Below, piece after piece: positions 51,700 to 64,000 of a DNA stretch of 64,000 nucleotides. Under the pieces are notes generated by a model. It was given only the letters and a program-made list of their open reading frames with translations. It did no database searches and was not told where the DNA came from. Position 1 is the stretch's first letter. The number at the start of each line of letters is the position of its first letter. A program made the translations under genes and the position numbers. The stretch spans positions 83,020,001 to 83,084,000 of the forward strand of contig CM052816.1 of the NCBI GenBank assembly GCA_028534125.1. The letters run 5' to 3'. Source of the DNA: Lama glama (taxonomy: Eukaryota).

Positions 51700-53350
51700 T
51701 TTAATTTATCCATCACAATATAATCATAGTTTAAAACTTTCAATTTTTAAGACCTTGTGATGACCCTGTGTTTATTGAGCTAGTGGCCACCTATTCTTAA
51801 CATGACCACCTTGTTTAATGTTTCTACTTTATTACCTAACACTGACTTCTCAGTGTAGTGCATTCTTGCCTTCTATCATGTTATTCTTCTAAATATCTTC
51901 TTTATAGATTTTAAAATGATTTCCTAGTTACCGTATTTTAAAATTTATCAGCCTCTTCAACTTTGGCCATCATGTCCACATCTTTGTCTTGAAACATTGC
52001 CAGGTCTTCCATGTTACCTCTTGTGTTCACGATATTTCTGTCTGCTTCTCCTTTCAATCTGTATCTGAAATCTACTTCTCTCTTAGTCCATTTGGGTCTT
52101 CTATGGCAGGATACTACACACTAGGTGGCTTATAAACAACAGAAATTATTTCTCATAATTCTGGAGTCTGGGAAGTCCAAGATCAAAGTGCTAGCAGATT
52201 TGGAATCTGGTGACAGTCTGCTTCCTAGTTCACAGACATCTTATCTCTCTGTCCTGATTTGGTGGAAGGCGGAACTCTCTCGGGTCTTTTTCATAAGGGC
52301 CCTGATCCCATTCATGAGGGCTCCCTCCTAATGACTTCATCACCTCCCAAAGCCCCCCTCCTAATACCATCACATTAGGTAAGATTTCAAAATATGAATT
52401 TTGGAGGGGCATAAACATTCAGTCCACTGCAGCACCCTTGCCTCTTTTCTACTGGCATTCTCCAGGATTCTCTCATTGCAATATTTATTATCATGCCAGA
52501 TACATAAAGGTGAATTATCTTATTCATACGCACAGGTTTAGCAGACACTTAACTCTTATAAATCTAAAATCTGCCTTTGTAGCCTAGAGCCCTCTCATGA
52601 GGTTCAGATTCTGTACAAACAAATTCCTGTTGGACATTACTACCACAGAAACCTCAAACTTCATGAGAATTTAAGAAAATGATCATTTTATCTTTATATA
52701 CCAATTGTTTGATTTTTTTTAACTCTTCATTAAAAACATCTTCATCTAATGAGTTATGCAATAAGAAATTTAGGAGTTCTGCTCTCTCTTACATGTAGTT
52801 AGTCAACTAACCCTCCTAAAGCTGCTTCAATTCTTGCAGAATTTTGGCTCCTACCTTCAGCTTCCTCTGACTCACATGGCTATAGTGCTGCCAGTGCAAA
52901 CTTTCTGAAACAAAACTCTGATTTTTTTTACTCCCCTGTGCAAAATCTTTCTTAGGAACTCTCCATCTAAAAAAGATTCAAAAGGTCTGCTCACCTGTCT
53001 ATGCTTAATACCTGTCTATTCTCTACTTAGAATTTACATCCTCACCTACCAACTTAATTGCAGTTCCCCAAAGATAATGTGTTACTTTTTATTCTTCATG
53101 GTGTTAGCTCCAATTTGGATTTCTTACTTTTTTTTTTAAATCCACATTGACATTTCCTTTGTAAAAAGTTTACTCTCCCTCTCAAGTAATATATATTAAA
53201 TGTTCTTCAGAAAATACACCATTTGGTAATTTTAAAAAGTTGGATTATTACCTTGGATTTGTTTCCTTATGCCAAGAATTTAGACTTAAGTTTTCTATAC
53301 CCAGAATCTGCTGGAGTGCCTCAATAGACGTTTATTGAAATGAATTCAGA
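51700..53350 (+). mobile_element. Decayed L2, interrupted by MLT1A
   Basis: Pyrimidine-rich L2 text 'aaacctcaaacttc...' and an L2-type end 'ctcaatagacgtttattgaaatgaat'. Confidence 0.6.
52079..52431 (-). mobile_element. MaLR solo LTR (MLT1A-like)
   Basis: 'tcttagtccatttggg...ggtggcttataaacaacagaaatt...gggaagtccaagatcaaagtg...aaacattcagtccactgca'. Confidence 0.9.
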
Positions 53351-53389
53351 TTAAATAAGATAGAGCATACAGCCATTTGAAAATGAAGG

Positions 53390-53860
53390 GGAAAACAAGG
53401 CTATAGGTCCTATATCGTAGGACCCAAGAAAAATAAATACAAACATCAACATAAAGACATAATGCAAATGCTTATAGCAGTTCTATTCATAATAACTAAA
53501 AATTGGAAACAGAGTGTCCATCAACTTGTGAATCAATAAAAATGTGGCATATCCCTATGATGTAGTTATACTCAGCAATAGAGAGGAATGGACTGTTGGT
53601 AGATAAAACATGGATGCATCTCAATAGAAAAAAAATGATGGTGGTCTAAAGAAGCTAAAAATAGAATAATATATATTCCATCACAATATTTACATTAAAT
53701 TCTAGAACAGAGAGGCACAAGGAGGCTCTTTAGGGTGATAGAAATGTTCTGTATCTTGATTTTGATGTTAATTACATAGGTGTATTTATCTGTCAGAGTC
53801 AAGGAACAATATACATAGAATTGATGCATTTTGTTGTATATAAATTATAACTGGATTTTG
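53390..53860 (+). mobile_element. Old L1 (L1ME-like) 3' end
   Basis: 'ttatagcagttctattcataataactaaaaattggaaac...gtccatcaac...ggtgatagaaatgttctgtatcttgat'. Confidence 0.8.
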
Positions 53861-54367
53861 TGATGGTCATATATAAAGCTGGTTTTAGATCAGATGTTTC
53901 AAGCTCAAATTCCATTGAAGATAAGGAAGGTAAGAAACATGCATGCATAGAGATCCAGGTGAAAGACAATATGAAATGTTAAGAATTGTGTTTAATTGGA
54001 AATTACATGCTGAATCTAAAAACTTACAAATTTAAATATTATAAAATATTTCTCTAACCAAAGAAAACATATTTCTTTGTTAGAGACAGTTCATGGACAT
54101 TGGTTGGCAACTCCTACATTAGATATAATAATAATTTTTCTAAGACTAAGCTGAAAGAAAGAAAAATCAGATAGAAAATTAAGCTAATTTATTACAATGA
54201 AGATAAAAAGGTAAATTTTACCTTCGGCATTTCTTCCAGTAAAACAGTTCTGCTTTAAACTGACCTGGTGAGATTAATGGTGAGTCTAAAAGTGTAAACT
54301 ATTCTCTGGAAAGATAATTGCTGGTCCATGCTAGGTGAATTAATTATTCCAGGAAAATTGAAGAGCT

Positions 54368-54416
54368 CTGTGTGTGTGAGAGAGAAAGAAAGAGAGAGTA
54401 TGTATGTGTATATGTA

Positions 54417-54472
<56 letters not shown>

Positions 54473-54505
54473 CTTTCACACCATGAACACATACATATAT
54501 ATATA
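54368..54505. repeat. Compound (TG)/(GA)/(TA) microsatellite
   Basis: Seen directly in the sequence. Confidence 0.93.
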
Positions 54506-55883
54506 AATGACCTACTGCAAAAATCATTAGATGGCAAAAAATTGATTTAGCTATTGAAACTCTGATAAATTAGCTAGAAAGACTTGGATTTTCTTTTCCG
54601 AATTAACTACAGTTGAGGTAGTCTTCAGTGTCAAAACATTTTTAAAGAAGTCAGCATCGGACTTCTAAACATTTCTAAACCTGAGATTCCCTATAACAGA
54701 GGGGAGAATCTTGAGTTCAGTAGATAGTTTGCCATGAAGCTAATGTTATCAAGTCAGAAGATCAGGACTGCATTATTAAGATGTACACAGAAGCATGAAG
54801 TTCAGGTTGCCAAACTATACTGATAATTGGGGCAGCAGAGTAAACATTATGGAACAGAATCACACAGGAGCTGAGCAAACCTGTAGAGACAGATCGTCAC
54901 CTTAAAGCTGGTTGCCATAAAGGCCTGAGTTGTGTGTGTGCTCTACCAGGAGTCTCCTCGGTAGCAGATCCTCATTTTGTAGATTAGTAGTCTTGACTGC
55001 ACCAGAACCCCATGAAGATCTCTTACAAATATGGATATGCCAAGGAGACACTGCGGAATCACTAAATCTGGATTTCTAGGGTGAGAGTCAGCCATCTCAT
55101 TTTTATTTTTAAAAACTCCCCATGTGATTCTGATGTCCCTACACATCTGAGAAGCACTTAGGAAGTCTCTTTTCACCTGGTCTGCATGCTTCTTCCTCAC
55201 ATGCACTCTCCCACATTCATCTCTGCCATATCCTGATCTAGGCAGGTATCTTAGCTATGTATTTAGTTTCTTATTTGCATATTTAATTTAATTAAAGCAT
55301 TCTGGTAACTATGCTATATTAAGTGGATTGAATAACACTCCCAGCATTGTGGTCAGGTGCCTAAGAATTGCCCCTATCTGTATACAGACAAAAGACCAGA
55401 AATCAGTGTTAACCTTCCATCCTTCTCCACTCCTAGAATTATTTTAGTTGAAGCCTCATTATCTCTCACCAGGACTATTGTTTTACTTACCTAATTGGTG
55501 CTCCTGTCTCCACTATCCTACAGTCCAATCCATCCTACATACTCTTGTCGAATTAATTTCCCTAAATAACAGTTCTATTTCAGGCACAGTCCTGTTCAGA
55601 ATCTTTGCCAGCAACTAAAATATAAATGTTATTCAAAGATCAAGTCTACATCTGTATGTTCAGTTTAATTGCTCTTTACTCCTATCTTATAATGCTCCCC
55701 AGCCAAGGTAATCATCCCCACAACAGCCTTATGGTTTTCTGATTCCATGCTCAGAAAAAATGCTGTTATTCTTTCTGGCACATCATATCCCCACCAAAAG
55801 AACTCTCTAGCCCCAAAGGGAGCTAGTGGCCCTCACCTTACTACACTGTTCTTTTCTTATTTCAGGTTGGTCTTTTGTGAAGG

Positions 55884-56419
55884 TCTTACCCCAAAAAGGT
55901 AAAGAACCCTAGTTCTTGTCATCCCTGAAAGATGAATTTATATCCAGGAGATGGTGTGTTGTGTAGCAAAAGATTTTAAAAGATTTATTTAAAAAAGGAA
56001 AAGTACACCCCCAAGAAAGGGAGGCAGGCTGATCCAAGGGTGGAAAAGTGGTGGTTTTTGTCTTCCCTTTCTCTAGTACCCTCGCTTAGAGGTGGTCTCT
56101 TGATTGATTGACAGCTCTTGTCCCTGGAATGCTTAGTCATGTTTGGCCCCTCTGCACATGTCCTTGCCCATGGTGTGCACAGAAAAAACCCATGGTGGGG
56201 CCTAAACCACAGTGCTAATTATAATACAATGAACATTGGTCGTGTCCGGTTACATCCTTTCTGCTCCTGCGCTGTAGTGGCTGTCGGGTTCTAACTGGTT
56301 TCTTGCTGGCACTCATTTAGAAGTAAAGTCTCTTTATGCTGGAGGCAGGCATAACACCATCTTCTGAATCATCCTGCCTCCCCTCCACCTGTCTGCCTGG
56401 TGCCCCCACTTACCTAACA
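55884..56419 (-). mobile_element. ERV1 solo LTR with a 4-bp TSD
   Basis: The minus strand starts TGTTAGGTAAG (56419). An AATAAA (plus-strand tttatt) lies at about 55984. AAGG is duplicated at 55880-55883 and 56420-56423. Confidence 0.75.
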
Positions 56420-56568
56420 AAGGTAATTGCTCAAAATAGGAAACTAATATTCTCTTTCTGCTCTGTCTCTCATGGACACCATGAGAATAAAATTCTAACA
56501 TTCCTCTGAAATCAAATACAGACTAGAATAAAACTTAAGAAGACATTCATACAGAGAGTCACATTATA

Positions 56569-56920
56569 CAGTTGGCCATCTGTATCCATATCTTCAGGTT
56601 CTGCATTCTCAGACTCAAACAACTGTGGATCAAAATTGAAAAAAAAAAATCTGAAAAGTTCCAAAAAAGAAAACGAGTTTGCCACACTCCACAGGCAACT
56701 ATTCACATAGCATTTACATTGTATTTACAGCTATTGACATAGCATTTACGTTGTATTAGGTATTATCCATAATTGAGAGATGATTTACAGTGTACTGGGG
56801 GATGTGCATAGGTTATATGAAGATCCTGTGCCATTTTATGTAAGAGACTTGGGGATCTGCTGATTTTAGTGTCTGAGGTTGCTCGTGGAACCAATCGCAG
56901 CCAATACAGAGGGACAACTG
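56569..56920 (+). mobile_element. MER2-like Tigger MITE
   Basis: TA-CAGTTGGCCATCTGTAT...ATACAGAGGGACAACTG-TA, giving TIRs and a TA TSD. Confidence 0.92.
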
Positions 56921-57989
56921 TATTCGCAAAAATGTAGGGGTTTTGAATTTGAGCGAGCAAAAGCAACCAACAACAACAAAAATCCTAAGGAATATTTTAA
57001 AATGGTTTGAATCTGGCAATATGATTTCGTGAACGAGAGTATCTGCATTTGGAATGCTTATTTGAAAACTGACCATTGTACTCCCATTGTGTCTGGCTGC
57101 TTTATAAAGGCCTGGACTAATCATTGACCCTATTTAAAGTAAAGTGAGGGGCCAGATAGACTTTGGTAAACAACTGAGAAAATAATTTAAATAACCAGGG
57201 AATTTAGGAATTTTATGATGTGTATACTATGTTTTTACTCTTAAGAAACAGCTCTTCAAAGTCCTCTGAAGTCCCTTTTTTGAATATATGTTTGACCCAT
57301 ACATTTATGCAGAAAGCACCAGCATGTCGAAATGCTCTTTGTTGACTGATTGGTCTCTTGGCTGAGGATGCTCAGGAGAACTTATTTACATGGTCTTCTG
57401 GGTCTTGGTGAGAATGGAAAAATCTATAACGTTTACAGAAAGTAGCAGCAGGATTAATGTCAGTGGTGAATTCCCATCGCTGGAATGTCAGCTCTTCCTT
57501 TCTGCACCTCACTTTAGTGATGGGAGATCCTAACCATGTAGCCATTTCACAGGATATCATACTTTGTGAAAGAGAGCACATCTATATTTTTTTCGGAGAG
57601 CAAAAAGGAGCAGGTACCCTAAACACAGTGTTAACTGATATGTGTTCTAGAGATTAAAAGAGCAATTCTGTGAAAAGGTCAGGTACTACTATCTCTGTGA
57701 AGTTTTGGGCTTGGGGTGCTGTGTTAGTGTAGAGACTATACCGAGTTATTCTCCCTCGGTGAGGGACAAGCTGATTGACTGTGTTACTGCATCCATAAAA
57801 TAGCTGAATACTGTTTCCTGTCTTCTTCTGAGCCAACGTGTGTGCTGTGTTGCACAGGCAGTTAAAACAAAACATATTACATATTTGAATGATGACCGAC
57901 CACCAGCTGGTCCACTGTGTGGTACAGTTCTCTCTGTTATTCTACCGTGTTAGAACCCAGAGATTCAAAACTGCTTGCAGAGTTTGGTG

Positions 57990-58190
57990 TGATCTCAGGA
58001 ATTTTGTGGATCCTTTGCCACAATCAAATCAAAGAATCACAATGGATACTCCAAAAAGGGTTAAGGCATTTTAGGAAATAACTATTCTCTTTGAGGAAAA
58101 TAATTACCATTTACTTCAGGCTTTGTAGGATACTGAAGACAGCTGTACTTTCAGACCTTTTATAAATATACACAGGCCCAGAAGGAATTC
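57990..58190 (+). promoter_or_regulatory. Candidate TATA-box Pol II promoter
   Basis: TATAAATA at 58161-58168, CACAAT motifs at 58019 and 58038, and ATCAAAG at 58028, all in repeat-free DNA and followed by a consensus splice donor. Confidence 0.45.
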
Positions 58191-58378
58191 GAACATGAAA
58201 AGCCTGGAGGACGCTACCTGAGATCTTCCACTGACAAGCACACCAGGTCCTGCCACCAAGTCGCTGCAAGTTCACAGTGGTCCCTTTACGGACGACCCTG
58301 TAAAGACTGAGTAGGGAGGAAGTTATTTTAGCCTGTTCTTCAGTTCCTCTCTCTGCTTTGTGCCTGCACCAGCTGCAG
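58190..58378 (+). other. Candidate non-coding first exon ending at the 5' splice site CAG|GTAAGC
   Basis: Near-perfect donor with GT at 58379-58380, about 210 nt downstream of the TATA box. CpG content is locally raised. The only ORF is an 8-codon one (MKSLEDAT*) from the ATG at 58195. Confidence 0.45.
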
Positions 58379-59114
58379 GTAAGCTGCCGTACCTCATAGT
58401 TAGTCATGGATGTCTCAGCCAGAAAATGAAACAAACAACACTGTACAGGACTGGAGGACTTGATGGGGTATGAAAAAGATAATTCACTTGACCTCAGTGC
58501 TGGGACTTCTCTTTCAAGCAACAGAAATTCAATTGTACTTTCCTCTGTATTTATTCCATTTTATCTGTTTGCTTCTGCCATGTTAAATTGCTCATCCGGG
58601 GTGACCAGGTTCTCTTGTGAAAAGAGACTGTGCTATTGCAGAGATGAAGGTTTTTACATTCTTTTATATACATATCTGTACAGTTTGATTTTCTAAAGCC
58701 GTGTGTATCCATTTCTTTATGTCAGTAGCAGTTGTGTGAATGGTGATTTCTAAGCCATTTTAAATAGGCTCCTTATCATTCTCCGTACCAAAAACACTGA
58801 AATGTTATTAAAATAAGCAAATGCCAAGAATAATGTTGAATAAAGAACTTTAGAGGTAAAATGGAGGAGAGAAGAGAATGTAGGAGTCATGGATAATATA
58901 TAGAACAAATCCATAAAGACAGGTATATTACATAAGCTTTAAAATGCAGGGCTACTACCAAAAATAATAACATCATGAAATGTAGGAAGGAGACTACTGG
59001 AAAGTGGGGGTTGATGTGTCTGAAATATAGGTAGAAAGAAGCATATGTTCTAGTTATGAAAGGAATCACTTTATAATCAAAAAAATAAAATTAATAAAAT
59101 TGTTACCTTCTAGA

Positions 59115-59320
59115 GAAAGATTCTTAATTGGGGAGCAAATTCTGCCCCCAGGAGATATTTGCCAAATATCAGGAGACGTTTTTGATGGTCACATCTTGAG
59201 GGAGAAGAATACTACTACTGGCATCTATTGGGTAGGGGGCAGGGGACAGTGCAAGACGTCCTGTACTGCACAGGACAGTTCCCCACAGAAAGTGTCAGTA
59301 GGGCCAAGGTTGAGAGCTTA
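59115..59320 (+). mobile_element. MER20-like hAT MITE
   Basis: 'ttctgcccccaggagatatttg...ggagacgtttttgatggtcaca...tactggcatctattgggtag...ggccaaggttgaga'. Confidence 0.88.
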
Positions 59321-60797
59321 TTATGGAGAGCAATGTTAGGATAGCTGGGAAAGGACAGCAGCCACACTTTCATCTTCATCTGTCTGTAATGTTCAAATTC
59401 TTAACGGTTTTCCTTTATTACTCCCATATTCATCTTGTTGCAGATTCATATGTTCCAGAAACAAATTATGAAAACACAACCAGATCTAGGTACACAGCTG
59501 AAATTTTTATTTGGAAAAATAATCAGAGGAATGAAGGATTAAAATTAAATAAATGCATACATAAAGAGACAAAAGCCAAGTTGGCTTCAGAATTATCCTT
59601 TAACGATCTTTTGATTATCCTCTGAGGTACTAAATCCTAGAAAGTAAGCTCCCCCACCCAGATCAATTGCATTTTAAGGAGGAAAGTTTGCATTCCAAAA
59701 ATTCACTTTCTCTTCCCATAGCTGTTCATCTGTAAACAGAAGAGAAGGGGATTCTCAGGTTTCACTGCCTGTTTTGCTTTTCAGAAGTGTGCAAAAAGTG
59801 ACAAAATTGGGTCTGTGCCAGTCAGTCTCTTCACATACTTCAGAAGATTCCTTAGTAGACATACTAAACCCTTTGAGGGGAATCCAGGGAAATAGAGAGG
59901 GCTGTGCCTTTTAATCCTCCTTCCCAGAAGTGCTTCTTTCCCTCTGTGGCCCTAGAGAAAGGTGTTAAGGAAATCTTTTATGCATACTGGGAAAACTCTC
60001 TCTCTGGCTGACAGTTGATGAGCTGCAAGATATCATAGGCTCACCAGATGTTGCCGTCAGGAGTCAAAATAGTTCTTAAGAAAGTATGATGTGTTCCAGG
60101 AGTTTTCTGGGGTTGACCTACAGTGATAAAATGTGTGCTCGCTTCTTGTCAAGAGAAACCAGAATGTGAAGCAGCCTAAAATAGTAGGGCCAGGAGAGAT
60201 GGTTGGCAGTAGGAGCAGCCTGTATTGATGGAGTCTGACATGGCTAACATATGTGAGCTTCCCCCTTGGGCCAGGAAGTCAACCTAGAACACGGCTGTGC
60301 TGAGACAGATGCCTGCTGGGATGAGTGGACCCTAGGAGAGAACCAGTGGAGTCAAGGCGTGCATAACCCTTGCCAGGAGCTGATGTGTGTGGACTGCAGG
60401 GGGTCATAATTTCACTGAAAATATCAGTAAAACATACAGCTTTTGGGTACCTGTCATGATAGTGGGTGATCACAGGCAAAAGGGATCTGCAAAGAGTAGT
60501 GCTTACTCTTGGGCTTCTTATTCCCTTTCCTTAAGATCTGACTCTAGGGAGCCAGAAGTCAGGCTGGGAGGAGAAGTATGCAAACAGAACCATTTCCTAT
60601 TTTTACCTCCAAAATCTCTAGGCTGTGGAGCAGGCCTGAGTTAGGGGAAAGGGAGAATGTTTACATGAGATATATGAGATTAGAGTACAGACCAAATCAA
60701 ATTTCTTCAATCTCCCTCCAAAAAAAACCTAATTCGAAACTCAAAAATGTACAAAAATGCAAGGACAAGAGGAAAACTAGGCTGTAAATCAGTTGTC

Positions 60798-60816
60798 TGT
60801 GTGTGTGTGTGTGTGT
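60798..60816. repeat. (TG)n microsatellite
   Basis: Seen directly in the sequence. Confidence 0.9.
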
Positions 60817-61284
60817 CAGTGGGAGGTAGGTTGGAAACTGACACACCAAATTCAGTAAAAAACAAGATTCCAAAATGAAGCTTCAGGCAAAGATGCATCC
60901 CTTAAAAAGCAATGCTGAGAGTCTTGTCATGATTCATAAACCACTTTCCTACACATCCTTACCAGCCAGAAGCTGCGTGTGCACCAATAACGTGGCAGAA
61001 GCTGAGGAGAGCTGAGGGCAATTGCCCCTTACTCCTGGGAGTTTTCAGAAGGCCATAGACAGCGGGGAATCCTCTGAAGAACACCATGAAAGCTTTAACC
61101 CCCATCAGGCCCAGAGCATGCAATGTTGTTTTGCAACAGGTCTAGTTATGTAAGAAAGTCCCACTTCCTTTCTTTCTACTGCATCTCTATGTGCCATCCT
61201 CAGAGAGACAGAAAACCACAGCCACCTGCAAGAGGAGGAGGCTCTTCATGTAGAAAGAAGCTGCCCATCTTACCCACCTTCCCA

Positions 61285-61665
61285 GTTTTATATATATATA
61301 TTATTTTTGATACTCTTTTTCATTATAGGTTATTACAAGCTATTGAATATAGTTCCTTGACCTATACAGTAGCGCCTTGTTGTTTATCTGTTTTATATAT
61401 AGTAATTTATAAATGTTAATCCCCAAAACCTAATTTATCCTTTCCCCCCTTCTCCGTTGGTAACCACAAGTTTGTTTTCTATGTCTGTGAATCTGTTTTG
61501 TTTTGTAAACAAGTCCATTTATGTCACTTTTTTAGATTCCACATATAAGTGATATCATAGGATATTTGTCTTTCTCTGTCTGACTTATTTCACTTAGTAT
61601 GATAATGTCTAGGTCCATCCATATTGCTGCAAATGACATTATTTCATTCTGTTTTTATGGCCGAG

Positions 61666-61701
<36 letters not shown>

Positions 61702-62018
61702 GAAACTTCTTTATCCAGTCATCTATCGATGGACATTTAGATTGCTTCCATGTCTTGACTACTGTAAACAGTACTGCTATGAACATTGGGATGCATGTAT
61801 CTTTTTGATTTAGAGTTTTCTCCAGATATATGCCCTGGTGTGGGATTGCTGGATCATATGGTGATTCTATTTTTAATTTTTTAAAGAATCTCCATTCTGT
61901 TTTCCATAGTGATTGCACCAAATACATTCCTACCAACGGTGTAGGAGAGTTCCCTATTCTCCACACCCTATCCAGCATTTATCGTTTGTGGACTTTTTAA
62001 CGATGGCCATTCTGACAC
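61285..62018 (-). mobile_element. LINE-1 3' fragment with an internal (TA)n expansion
   Basis: ORF 61655..61978 reads [42 protein letters not shown]. The (TA)n is at about 61668-61696. Confidence 0.95.
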
Positions 62019-62019
62019 T

Positions 62020-62165
62020 ATCTGCTTTTATAAATAAAGTTTTGTGTATAGCTGCCTTTGTAGCCCGAAGGCAGAATTGAGTAGTTGTGACAGAATCTAA
62101 TTGGCTGAAAAAGCCTAAATTATTTACTGTCTGTTCATTTACAGGAAAAGTTTCCAATCCTCATG
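62020..62165 (+). mobile_element. MER58A-like fragment (right part)
   Basis: 'ttttataaataaagtttt...gcagaattgagtagttgtgacaga...tttacaggaaaagttt', similar to 26435-26658. Confidence 0.8.
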
Positions 62166-63449
62166 CTATAAGAGATTAAAAGCAGTAAGAGATTCTAGGT
62201 TAAAATTGTGAGTTGAATATGTGCATATAATTTCACTTCCGCTGAAACTTTGCTGAGGTGATTAATGAAACTAGAATTTAAAAGAGAGTGAATCATAAAG
62301 TAGGAAGGCAGGGAGGATAGAGGAGTCTGTTAGGCATCAACCAGATACTGGAAGCTAGAAAACAGATGGTTTGGTGGTAAAAAATTAACAGAACCAATAC
62401 TGTGGAATTCTAAGCAGGAAATGGGAAAAATTGAGAAACTGAGACATAGTTTATAGTGCAGAACCCTTAAAAGTCTCATAAAATGATAGCAGCAGAAACA
62501 GGGATGAGGTAAGTTGGCGATACTGATGATGATTGGCTGACCTGACTAGTAAGACAATAAAGATATGTGATCCTTTTATGTCCATGAATAATAAAGTTTG
62601 GTGCCTCTCTTCAGCTGAGATTCTGGCAAGACCACATGGATTTCTGTAGAGAATCCACCCTGATAATAGGAACTCTTGCATCTGTGGAGAGCTATAAAAA
62701 ACATTATTATTGGGGTTGCCTTTGGGGAGAAACTCTAGGTATTTAAGGGAAAGGACATGAGGAAGATTTATTTTTATTGGTTTGACTCCTTTTTTTACCT
62801 TATGTATTTTTTTTTCCACGAGCATTTATATATCATGAGTCAAAAATCAATGATATAAAAAGCACCTCTCCAAAAGATTTTTTTCTTTTAAATAATATTT
62901 TTACTACCTTTTTCAAGACGTACGCCAAAACTTGATATACTTTTATCTGGATTCTTTGCTGAAAGGACTTAGCCAACAATAGATTTTATTTTACAACGCT
63001 GAAATCAGAAGTTGTCAGACTCCCAGAAGTCCGCTGATGTGTTCCTCCTTCCCCCACCATTTTCCAATGCTCATGGTCCACTGCTAAGCTCTGTGTGTTC
63101 CAGAAATGGCTCAGTGAGAGAGAAGCAACCAAGGCTAGTTCTGGGAGATAAGAGCTATGACACTCAACTGGGAACAGAGAAGATCTGTTTCTTTCCAAGC
63201 AAAGTTTTGAAAGAAACTCAGGTATCTGCCTGTCCCCAGTTAAGCATCACATCTCTCATCTCTCAGAGTCGCCAGCCTTACACCTGAATGTTAAAGGGCA
63301 GATATATGTGTGTGTTTCTGATAAATGGTGTTCTATAAAGGAAAATTGCAGCATGCTTAAAGAACAAACATACTGGCATCAGATGAAGTCAACAAAGTCA
63401 GAAAGTGTTTCTTTGAACCTGTGACCTTAGAACAGATTATTTTAAGAGT

Positions 63450-63800
63450 GAATTGGGGGATTGGGAGGAGGGGGAGGTGGATGAAGGCAGTCAAAGGTAC
63501 AAACTTCCAGATACATAAGTCCTAGGGATGCAATATACAATATGATAAATATAATTAAAACTGCTGTATGATATATGAAAATTGTTGAGAGTAAAGCCTG
63601 AGTTCTCGTCACAAAAAATGTGTATATATATTTCTATTTCTTTAACTTTGCATCTGTATAGGATGATGGATGATCATTAAACTTACTGTGATAATCAGTT
63701 CATGATGTATGTAAGTCAAATAGTTAGGCTGTACAACTTATACAGTCCCATATGTCAATTATTTCTCAAAAAAACTGAAAGAAAAAATTAAAAAACCACA
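63450..63800 (+). mobile_element. LINE-1 3'UTR end (L1MA-like) with A-rich tail
   Basis: 'gatgaaggcagtcaaaggtacaaacttccag...ggctgtacaacttatacag...tatgtcaattatttctcaa'. Confidence 0.85.
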
Positions 63801-64000
63801 AAACAACAACAGTCACAAAAGATTTAACATAGGGCTTGGCACTTACTTGGATTTTAATACATATTAGTTTTCCTTTTCCTACTGTTTGGTGAACATTCAT
63901 AGTGATTTGTTCAGCCATCATGCCCTTGATTACTAGATAAATGAATTGATTGGTCTACCCAATAAAAGTTTTTATCTATCTAAAAAAAAAAAGAGTGAGT

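Noticed and set aside
58111..58521. 136-aa minus-strand ORF
   Set aside because: It has a non-ATG start and no recognisable domain. The plus-strand promoter/exon signals explain the region better.

Overview
AT-rich, repeat-dense eutherian mammal DNA that is intergenic or intronic, with no intact protein-coding gene. It is most likely camelid: it carries cetartiodactyl-type young L1 3' ends, and I saw no Alu, B1/B2, Bov-A/BovB, PRE-1, CHR-2 or Can-SINE (inference). Main contents: the 5' half of a decayed class I (gamma-like) ERV provirus on the minus strand (LTR, tRNA-Ile-like PBS, gag-pro-pol, running off the window start); an RPL7A processed pseudogene; L1 copies of several ages, two with clean TSDs; solo LTRs (MaLR, ERVL, ERV1); hAT and Tigger DNA-transposon relics; MIR and L2 fragments; and microsatellites. 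Several of these insertions are nested. The best candidates for function are a TATA box with SOX/TCF motifs followed by a strong 5' splice site at about 58.0-58.4 kb (a probable non-coding first exon, or alternatively a 6-nt microexon), a CTCF-like site at 10.97 kb, and a few repeat-free blocks that could be conserved enhancers. I found no convincing new biological system. Repeat subfamily names are from memory of consensus sequences and need RepeatMasker/Dfam confirmation.
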